DNA from: Stegostoma tigrinum
Taxonomy: Eukaryota
Direction: 5' to 3'
NCBI RefSeq assembly: GCF_030684315.1
Contig: NC_081358.1
Span: 20,774,810 to 20,838,809, forward strand
DNA length: 64,000 nt
The notes beneath the pieces were generated by a model that was given only the letters and a program-made list of their open reading frames with translations, did no database searches and was not told the DNA's origin. The first letter of the stretch is position 1. Each line of letters starts with the position of its first letter. Position numbers and translations under genes: made by a program. This document shows positions 25,164 through 34,910 of this stretch, piece by piece.

Positions 25164-25774
25164 AAAAATCACCACAGCCTGTTTTCCACTTGCCTTAATT
25201 ACTTGTAAATAGTAGTAACGTATTCTCAAAGTAATTCAATGCATTCTCATGATAATGTGATGGCTAACTGTTTAATGTGCATAATATAAAATGTAGACTT
25301 TTGAGAGATTATTGAATTTCAGCTATATATTTGCCTTTCTTGCTGAAATGGTTGAGTCTGTAAAGTTCATTGACTTTTGCATTCATGATCATAAAAACCC
25401 CAATTAAGAATAATTTTAGTATATGTGCTTAATTACCAAGCATTAAATTGAACAAGGAAACAAAGCATCTAGTTGAATTCTTTTTGTAGTCTGTAAACTT
25501 CTTAAATTGAATGAGGAGGATTTCTTCTGAAAGGATAGAGAATCGATGGAATTCTTTATCGCAGAGGCTGGGTCACTAAATATATTCAAGGCTGATAGAA
25601 AAATATTTTAATCAGTAAAGAAATTGAAGATTATGGGGAAGGGGCAGGAAAGTGGAATTCAGGATTATCAGATCAGCCATGAATGGCAGAGCAGACTGGA
25701 TGGGCTGAATAACCTGCTTCTGTTCCTTATGTAAATGGTCATATGAATTGACTTATGAGCACTTTTCTGAGAAA

Positions 25775-26085
25775 GGGTGCACGGTGGCTCAGTGGTTAGC
25801 AATGCAGCCTCACAGCGCCAGGGACCCAGGTTCGCTTTCCTCCTCGCGCGACTGCCTGTGTGGAGTTTGCACATTCTCCCCGTGTCTGCGTGTGTTTTCT
25901 CCGGGTGCTCCGGTTTCCTCCCACAGTCCAAAGATGTGCAGGTTAGGTGGATTGGCCATGCTAAATTGCCCATAGTGTTCAGGGGTGTGTGGGTTGTAGG
26001 GGAATGGGTCTGGGTGGGATGCTTCAAGAGGCGGTGTGGGCTTGTTGGGCCGAAGGGCCTGTTTCCACACTGTAGGGAATCTAAT
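25775..26085 (+). mobile_element. HE1-like V-SINE
   Basis: GGTGGCTCAGTGGTTAGC..GGTTCG head, V-domain and tail CTGTAGGGAATCTAATC. Confidence 0.9.
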
Positions 26086-26223
26086 CACCTGTTGCAAATA
26101 TCTTTCAAGTCTAACAGGAAAGTCATCATAAATAGTCACTTAGGTGACTTGCAGATTGTTCTTTTCTGTGTTACTTGTGAGGGCCAAGTGAAGAATGAAG
26201 GGAAGATCTGAAGGCATTCGACA

Positions 26224-26526
26224 ACACAATGGCTCAGTGGTTAGCACTGCAGCCTCACAGCACCAGGCGCAAGGGTGCAATTCCAGCCTCGGGTGACTGG
26301 CTGTGTGGAGTTTGCACATTCTCCCCGTGTCTGCGTGGGTTTCCTCCAGGTGCCCCAGTTTCCTCCCACACTCCAAAGATATGCAGGCTAGGTGGGTCGG
26401 CCATGCTTCATTGCCTGTAGTGTTCAGGGGTGTGTGGGTTGTGGGGGGATGGGTCTGGGTGGGATGCTTCAAGGGGCAGTGTGGACTTGTTGGGCCGAAG
26501 GGCCTGTTTCCACACTGTAGGAAATC
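26224..26526 (+). mobile_element. HE1-like V-SINE
   Basis: Same subfamily as 25775-26085. Confidence 0.9.
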
Positions 26527-26529
26527 TTT

Positions 26530-28060
26530 TTAAAAATCTATTAACATCCCAAAGCAAATGCCTGTGCAATGCAATGAACTCAGTGCCTTTAACGTACTCC
26601 AATGATAGCACGATTTTTCCAAGTCTGTTACCACAGAGGTAAAGACCAGAAATTGTAAAACCTTTCCTTGGAACTTCATTGCTTATGTCTGTTATTATGC
26701 TACCGTCATAAGCAAGGTGGAATTTTAGAAAAGGCACACAGTTAGAAGCCAGTATTCACCCTCCAATCCAACTTGTGCAAGTTAATGAAATGCATTCTTT
26801 TGCACGCACACTCTGCGAACATAATTCGCAGGATTTCTGTGCAACTGGAATTGCATAGCTCTGTATTGTTTGCCAAGCCTGTCCTACAACAATGCTTGTG
26901 TTTTGCATGTACATCAATGAAATTGCACTGCAAGTTTTTTCTGGCATGCTTACTTGGCATAGGTAAATGCTAGAGGTCTTTATATCTTGGAGTTATTCCT
27001 TACATTTCTAAACTTACACAGGTTTGTTCCTAAAAGTTCTGGAGATCTATAATAATTGTCACTCATACTGTCACCTTCACTGTGGGCAGATTTTAGGAGT
27101 GACTTCAGCTCCAAACAGCATCCTTGTTGATTCTTGACATGCAAAGTCTTAAAAATTGTACTACCCTGTAACACATCATTTTTGCATTGCAACAGGGAAG
27201 ATTTTCAAGTTCCACATTGTATAATGTTCAATTTTAGATGACATCAGTAGCCCTTTTAGAATTCCTGCACTTGATATTCTGGTTTGCAAGTCCTGGTCAT
27301 ATCTGCATAGGAGGTTCACAATCACACTTAAATTGGCAGACCTTGGAAAATTGTGGGATGCTTGTATGCTAGAGACACAGGTTTGTATTATTGAAATCGT
27401 ATTGAGGGAAATTTCCCCAACCAAAACAAAACTCTGGAAGGGTCATTAGCAGATGCTTCTAGAGAGCTTACAGCACAGCAGGAGATAATCTGCAAATAAA
27501 GCACAATAAGTAACCACTTTGAAGAACATATATTTTGAAAAAAGCTTCAATTTCATATAGACTTTCAAATCCAGATATAAGCACACCTTTAATTTAAGAT
27601 ATGTTTACACGATGAAATGCCTTTGTAAATACTTTCGATTATTGATTCCAATAATTTGCATATTTTGATCATTTTTGCACATTTTACTATTACATGTGAT
27701 CATGACCAACATTTCAGAAATGTGCCATTGAGTAAATTCATCCTCCCCATTAATAGTATGTAAACATCACACAGAGCATGTCCTCCTTCTAGTAATGGAA
27801 TTCCAGTACATGTAAACAAGGAGCAGCTATGACAGCAGAATAATACTAACATTGTTGCATCACATTTTTCCACACATGCAGTTAACAAACATTATTTATT
27901 TGCTTCAATCCAGTGATACAAGCAGAGTGTTCAGAAACTGAATTACCATGCAACTAATAATCCACAAGTCTTTGAACACCACTGCACTTGGAGTATCTGC
28001 TGCTGATTTTTCCAGACTTTTATTAATCAGGGAAATTGCCGTTCAGCTGGATTTCAGTAT
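26530..28060 (-). pseudogene. Decayed divergent actin-fold (actin-related protein-like) reading frame, copy A
   Basis: Chain of overlapping minus-strand frames with actin-like motifs in the correct order: IPLLEGGHAL..GRMNL (actin VPIYEGYAL..GRDL), TYCALFADY (CYVALDF), YYRSPELL (RFRCPEAL), RKNLQCN..TGLAN (RKDLYAN..PGIAD), SWIGG*ILAS (VWIGGSILAS), EYVKGTEFIALHR (EYDESGPSIVHR). Contains stops and frameshifts. Confidence 0.7.
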
Positions 28061-28261
28061 TACAAACTTGGACCACATCTGAGGAAATCAAAAGTGCCCC
28101 TTTATAAATAATTTATTTGTAGCTATTAGTGGTGGCTTTTCAAGATATATTTACAAATAGTGTTTTAAATATGATCAAGTTAGCCAATGAATTTATCTTT
28201 ATTTTTGATTTAATTAAATTACATAAATTGTTTCACCAGGGCCATTTGTTTTGTTTTACAG

Positions 28262-28396
28262 CAGATTGATGGAGAAGCATTTCTTTTGCTGACACAGGTG
28301 GACATAGTTAAGATCTTGAGCATCAAATTAGGCCCAGCCCTGAAGATTTACAACTCCATTCTGATGTTTAAAAATTCTGAAGATAATTTGGAATAG
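28262..28396 (+). CDS. L3MBTL4: L3MBTL4-type gene, last coding exon (SAM domain C-terminus, stop TAG)
   Basis: ttttacag|CAG acceptor. Encodes QIDGEAFLLLTQVDIVKILSIKLGPALKIYNSILMFKNSEDNLE*, a typical L3MBTL/Scm-type SAM motif. Confidence 0.95.
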   Translation, partial: QIDGEAFLLLTQVDIVKILSIKLGPALKIYNSILMFKNSEDNLE

Positions 28397-29580
28397 ACAT
28401 TGTGGATTGAAAAGGGCAACTGTTAAGTGATGCTATTCTTTTCTACCAATGAATAGTAAAATTATTCTCCTTGTAATGAGTGGCACATTAAACTGTAGAT
28501 AATTTATCAGCAAGATTAACAGGGTATATGAAGATATTCTAAGATATTGTTGAATTAAAAGAATTTTTAGTCACAGTTGCTTGTCAGTAAGATATGGTGA
28601 AGTAATTAAATTGTGTAGTAGTAGATGATACGTTTGCAAGTTGCATTTGTACAGTAGTTGTGGAGACATTTCACAGGCAATTCAGATGAAATTACAATCT
28701 TACAATATAAATAATTTAAAAACACAGTTAGGCAAAGGTAGTTGTCTACCTGTGAGATAACAGGTTTAAAGTATAAAATGGATTTATGCACTTTAATAGT
28801 GTTACCAGACTTAGAACAAGGCAGGAGATAATCTGCAGACAGAGCACAATATGTTAATCACTTTAGAGTATGTATTGAAATAAGATACAATTTCTGTAGG
28901 TTTTTCAATTACCTGTATTACCTTCATCTTTGGATATGTTTAGGTGGTGAAATACCTCTGCAAATATAATTGATTATTCCACAGCGCATACTTTAAGGTC
29001 AAATCTATTTGCAGTTTGCTACTACATATGATCGTATGAGCAAGGATACAGAAATTTGCTATTAGATGTGCAAATTGGCCCTCCATCTTGACTATGGGCC
29101 AGCTTTACACAGCATCATCTCTTTCTAGTATTAGCTCGCCAACCTGCAGAAAACAAAGAACAGCCATGTTAGCAGAATAATGCAAAAGATCTTGCAACCT
29201 CTTATACCATATATATGCAAGCCATTCTTTCCCACACACACAAACACAATTTAAAATCCTGACTTCAAACATACTGTGAATTATGGCACAAACCAAAAAA
29301 AGCAGCAAAATGCTGTTGAATGCATTGATTGTCTAATAGATCAACCTGACAGGATAATGCAAGAATGAACTTTACTTAATCACATATTATCTATGTGATA
29401 CAGATAATTTTCAGTAGAACAGCAACTTGTATCCTCCTTACACCTCCAATTCATATCTATAGAAGAAAGCAATATTGCAGAGACTCTGTGTATGTACTAG
29501 AGTAGTCATAAATTCTGAAACTCTGCTATTTCCTATTATTGCATGAAGCTTTATCATTGTTTTCATAACCTTTTCATGAT
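28368..29580 (-). pseudogene. Decayed divergent actin-fold reading frame, copy B (inside the L3MBTL4 3' UTR)
   Basis: Motifs in order: HYPVRLIY*TIN (EHPVLLTEAPLN), HSMFEVRILNCVCVCGKEWLA ([21 protein letters not shown]), TYCALSADYLL, IYPVNLADKL (MYPGIADRM), IASLNSCPFQSTMSIPNY (ILASLSTFQQMWISKQEY). DNA similarity to copy A over ~420 bp. The 5' boundary is uncertain. Confidence 0.65.
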
Positions 29581-31245
29581 GAATTCCTAAGGTATTGAAA
29601 GTTTACTCCTCAAGGAACAAAGTGCATAATTTTCATAAATAATAGGTGTGCCAAATAAGATGTGAATTAATAAGAAGTGCATTTTGTTTTAGGAACTTAA
29701 TTTTTGTTTTGAAGGTGTGGAAACATACTACAATAGCATGTTGTTTGCTTTTTGTAGTGGTTACTTTTTTATTTGCGTTATCAAGCTGTAGAGCTTTGCT
29801 ATTTGTATACTACGTTTTTAGTGTAATTATGAGCACATTGCAATTTTTGTTTGTTATTTATGTTTGCACAATCTGATCCAAAATGATGTACTTTACCTTA
29901 AAAAAGGTTTTCTGATGTACATGGTGTTTTATTAACTATTGTATAAGTATTATGCACAATGTCTATATGGGTTAGGACATGTTTATTATTAAAACTAATG
30001 GTATCATAAACTGAAAATTATCTTTCCAAGATGGAACATTAGTTTAAAACAGAACTCTTAGAGCAGGAATGCAATATGGTGCATATAAAACTCTGGTATA
30101 TTTTCGTGGTTTTCTATATCACAAATCAACTACACAACCTCTCCTTCAGCTAGCCTCAGTTTTTATTTGTTAATTAGTCATGATGTATAACACAACTGAC
30201 ATTATTATCATTTTTGTTTAAAATATCCAGAGCGAAGTAGGATTTCATGAAAGAGCTAAGGTATGGGAAGCTTAATGGATAGGATTGATTTTATACTTTT
30301 TCAAAACAAGCAGTTGGAAAAAATAAAAAGAATGGACCAGTTGAACAGAAGCATCTATTTTTGTGGAATATTCATTTTTAATGTTTTTGTTTTTAGAAAG
30401 GGTGCGATTCTTTTTTAAAAAAAAGTTTTGTAAGTTAGTTTTCTGTTGTTTCATCATCTAGAACAGAAAGTTATTTCTGTAACTCAGAATTTGTGCCTTG
30501 ACATTTGTTGTGGAGTTTGGCAACTAGAAGCATAATTTTTAAAGGTTTGAGAGATGCAAGACAATTCTTATTTTTTAGCTACATCAGGAAACGTGATAAG
30601 TATAAAAGTCAAATAACAGACCAGCTACGTAAATCAGTAAATAACACTTTCATACATAAAGCAATCCTTACTGTAGTTTACACCTATACAGTTTTTTTTA
30701 AGTGCTAGAGAATATGTTTGATAAGTTTATTTACTATACAGTAATTGATGCAACAACATTAGAATACTTCTGCTTTAATATCACCAGTCACTATATATTA
30801 CCCTTCAGTATTGGTGCTGACAATAAAGTTTTCAACAAAAAAACCTCAAATGCTTCAAATTCATGGTTAGTAGGAGATGGAAAAAATGACATTGAATACC
30901 TTTTATACTGTCATTGAACAAAATTGTCATTATTAATAAATCAAATTGTTCCCAATGAACACAGAGCCGTACATTTTAATATGTATAATGTACAAGAAAG
31001 TCCAAAATTTCTCAATTCATGGAAAGAGTTTGTTATATTTGTAATACAGTGTTTGTAACCACACTTAGATGTTGATGATACATTGTTGAAGAAGATAACT
31101 GTGTACAGGGGATGCTTAAAAATAATCTCTCTTATTCTGGCATGCTGTACGTTACCTTCAATTGGAAACTATTTTTAACTGTGATGTTTTATCAAAGTGA
31201 GCTTGCAAATTTTTCAAATAAAGTTCTGTTATGTTCAGACTTCCT
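28397..31245 (+). other. L3MBTL4: Probable 3' UTR of L3MBTL4
   Basis: AT-rich stretch without recognisable TEs after the stop codon, with many TGTA and U-rich motifs, ending near AATAAA at 31217-31222. The end point is inferred. Confidence 0.6.
31217..31222 (+). terminator. Candidate polyadenylation signal AATAAA
   Basis: Canonical hexamer with upstream TGTA motifs and T-rich downstream sequence. Other AATAAA hexamers lie near 30323, 30822 and 30935. Confidence 0.5.
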
Positions 31246-34200
31246 ATAATGCTCTGATCTCCTTTCCATCATTTACTAGTTTCAACTTTTCATGCAAATC
31301 ACAACAACACTGATAGTTCAGAGGAATCAATATGTAATATATTAAACTTCAATTTATGTATCTGAGCAAACTAAGCCTTTGGCCCCAAAATTAGACTGAG
31401 TTGTTCCAGTCTTCTTCCATTACTTTGAGAGGCCACCAGTGGAATCATCAGTAAAGTAACATAAACAGCTGTTGAAGTGGTTTCTCCTGAGATTCTGCTG
31501 AGAAACCAAGAGCAGATCTGTGGCATTTGAGTCTTTTTTGCATGTCTTTGTCTCAAGGTGCTGAGTCATGCCGGGGCCCCACCCTTTGGTAGTTCAACCA
31601 AGATCCCACACTTTATGTTATGAAACAGTGAATGTCACCAAGTTATTTTAACAGACAAGGTATCACAAGTGGATCTCATGCTCACTCCCACTCAATGCCC
31701 AGACAAGACTCTTCATTATTTCCTGCTGGAAGGAAGTAATTAAAAAAGGGAAACACACTGATTTCCTAAGTCTCCAGGGTCACTGACATCATTTATAAAA
31801 CCCTACCTGTTCAAATTAGCTAGCTTAGCCCACTACTGGAACCATATAGTTTCTATATCTCACTTCACAGTTCACTAAACAACTCAGCCATCTTATTTAA
31901 ATATGCTTGTGGTGGTGATAATTTAGACTTAAAGATTTGATCAGCACTACTGGTCTTCCAGAGTTTAATGAGGAAGAATGTTAGTCTGTCCTCATTACAA
32001 AGCAGTCTCAAATCACTTCTTGTGAATCTCTTCTTGCTGTATTGGTAATTGCATACGGTTGTTCTGATCAAATATTTCTCTGTCCCAAACATGCACTGCT
32101 GTTACTCCCTCACATGTAGAACCCCATTAAAATAGCTGTTAATCTCTGAAGAAATTAACATTTGAATAAAAAGCAATAAACCTGACAAACAATTGGTGTC
32201 CCGTGTGTACACCTGCAGATTTCCCTACTGCTGCTCATGTAGCTGGCATAACTGGTGGGATTTCTGGATGAGTTTAGGATTCCTCCAGGTGTAAAAGTAA
32301 GATGGAAGTGGAACAATTGAAAGAATACTTTATCCCAAGTAAAAGTTACTATGGAACCAAGCAAAAAATTCATATCCCAGAAAATTTGTTGAACGGTATT
32401 GAAAATGTTTTGCTTGACTATTCATAAGAATTCCATGGCTAAAACATCAATCAGAAATAATCCTACATTGAAAATTGGGTAATGTCACTGAAGTGGAACT
32501 GAAAAGAAAACCAAAAAACAGCAAAATTCATTCGTGCTGATCGGAACTGATGCTTATTCTACTACAAAGAAAATAGCTATCTGTTTGTTGAGTCGCTGGT
32601 AAGTGAAACAGTCTTTTCTATTAACTACCAACTTAATCAAATATATAAAAGTATAAATGAGTAATATAATGAAGTTATTAAATCTTATTAATGATGGCAG
32701 TGCAGATGGTATGTCAAAGCTATAGCATGTGAGAGTTCCTGGATACCATTGTGACTCAGAGCAAACACTCCCACCACGTGTTTTATGACAAGTCAGATCC
32801 CAGACTGAAATCTTGCTTGATAGATCATTTTGCTTTTGGTTTTATCAAGGTAGATGTTCACTGAAACATAAAAAACATGATGTTACAGATTTGGTTTTTA
32901 AACATAAAACAGAAGTTTATTATGCAAAAGAAAATGAGGCAGCATAAACCAAACTACTTATTCATAACACAGATTTAAAGGTTTCAAAGCATTCTTTTAC
33001 AGTACTCAAACACCAGCAAGCATTCCCTCCTCTATCACACATAGGGGTTTACTTAACTATGGATTAAATTCCCCACTCTTAATAATCTGATAATTTCTTC
33101 CTTGAGCCTTCATACAGCCAAGTTGAGGCTTTCTCAAATTCAAAATATGCCTTCAGGGTGTTAACCAAACGTTGGTTTGGAAATTTATTATTAAACTCCT
33201 TTAAAACTTATTTCTTAACAGTTTTGAGCAATCTCCCTTTCTCATGAGCAACTGTTTACACAAACAAACTCAAAGCCTTTTTCTGAGCTATATATGTTTT
33301 CCCAAATCAAAAGAAAAAGGTATGACCTTCTAAAATGAAAGCAATATAAGAGTAGTTACTCTATTCGTCCTTTGTGTACTTTGTTCACCAATGAAATTTT
33401 TAAAAAATTTCATACCAGGAACACTTTTTTATAAAGAAAAGAGATCACCAATGATTAGAGATTTATCTAAAAGTTAAATCATTAACCCTTTCAGACACAT
33501 GAACCAAAGCCCACCCATATGCCACAAATTATATTAGAATATATATAAACCTTATATCACAGTTTTAAGTTCAAACAGCTTCAGTTCAGAGTTTATGAGC
33601 CGGAGATTGAAGTATAGACCTGGCGATGCATCAGGGACGGGGAAATTGTAAGAGAAGACATCATTTAGAATAGGGTCTTCTCATTTTGTTGGTGGTCAAG
33701 AACAGGAGGGTGTGATTGTGAGGGAGACAGATCAGGAAACTCAGAGTAAAGGAGTTAGCCTATATAGTTGTCCCAGAGGTTTGAGGCTCTCTCAGCCTAT
33801 TTAGATGAGGGAGTTACTGGAGGGTGAGTGGGCAATATGGTACCAGAAGCCCTTCAAGTTGGAGGAGCAACAAGCAACATTGCAGTAGTGGTAGAGGATA
33901 GTAAAGTGAGGGGTAGTTGTTCTCTACAATAAAGAGCAGAAGTCTAGATGGGCTATTAGTTTGTCTTGTGCTAGGTTTTGGGACACTTGATCAAGGCTAA
34001 AGAGGAACTTGTTGTGAGAAAGAGGTTCTAAAGGTTGTACTTACATCATATGTACAGTCAGATAGTCATTATGGAGACATGGTCACAGATTAACATGGAA
34101 TGAATCCTAAATGTTTTGGAGAATATGATATTCAAAAAATAGGAAGTTAGCTAAAGGTTGAAGAGCAGTAATTTTACTGCCCACAAGATGCATTGCAGCA

Positions 34201-34778
34201 AATTACCAGAAACACCCTCCAAACTGGTAACCACTAACTCTAGAAGGAAAAGGGTGGTTGACACAAATTTATTGTTACATATATTTTACAATGAGAAAAA
34301 TCAGTGAAATACAGTGAAAAGCTTTTCCAATGTTGCCACAATCTGGCATTATTTTGAATAATTTAAGAATAGAAAGAAAAATAGAAAGAAATAGCTTAAA
34401 GAGAGTCCATCAGTCCTAAGCCAGCTCATCACCATCAACGATGCCTGTGCTGCCATCTCTACTCCACTACCTCTCTGCTGCCTACACTGGCACCAATCAA
34501 TGAAGTTGTCGGTTCACAGATGCCATCTTTTGTTACTGGGCTGACCAGACCTATCCATTGTTGGAATCCTGTCACTAGCCATTGGGTTCACCTTAATGTC
34601 AATGTTATGCCCTTCTTCCACTCTTTTGCTGCCACCAGTGCCAAACTCAAACAACAACAAAGTCGCTGATCCTCAGGGACCATCTTTCACTGCTGGGCTT
34701 ACCTCAGCAACGTCACATCCACCAATGTAACAGCTGCCAATTCCAATGCCAAGTCCTGTGCTTACACTAGAAAGTACC

Positions 34779-34910
34779 TTGGGGCTCATTCGAAGTCTAT
34801 GCTGGGCCCACTCGAGGTCCACACTGGGCCTACTCTTATCTGCAATGGGCCGACTCAAAGTCCACACTGGGTCTACTCTCATCCACATTGGGCCCACTTG
34901 AGGTCAGCGA
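34779..34910. repeat. Diverged 21/22-bp minisatellite, about 6 units
   Basis: Alternating units of the types CTGGGCCCACTCGAGGTCCACA and CTGGGCCTACTCTTATCTGCA. Confidence 0.75.

Noticed and set aside
25775-25850. tRNA genes at SINE heads
   Set aside because: The A/B boxes continue into a V-domain and LINE-like tail, with no complete cloverleaf.
26560-26800. Endogenous viral glycoprotein (GLYLCGNR, LASNC resembling env or paramyxovirus F)
   Set aside because: Only short chance-level matches. The colinear actin motifs explain the region better.
27025-27060. YYRSPELLG as a protein kinase APE motif
   Set aside because: No DFG, HRD or other kinase motifs in order. The position fits actin RFRCPE within the actin-like chain.
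26900-27100. Duplicated copy of the last L3MBTL4 exon, expected from the flanking direct repeat
   Set aside because: No SAM-like sequence at the predicted offset on the + strand.
32779-33561. Possible solo LTR (similar impressions at 1-480 and ~18303-18720)
   Set aside because: TG...CA ends and composition are suggestive, but I found no convincing TSD or second copy.
34779-34910. CRISPR-like array
   Set aside because: No unique spacers, no cas genes and a eukaryotic context.
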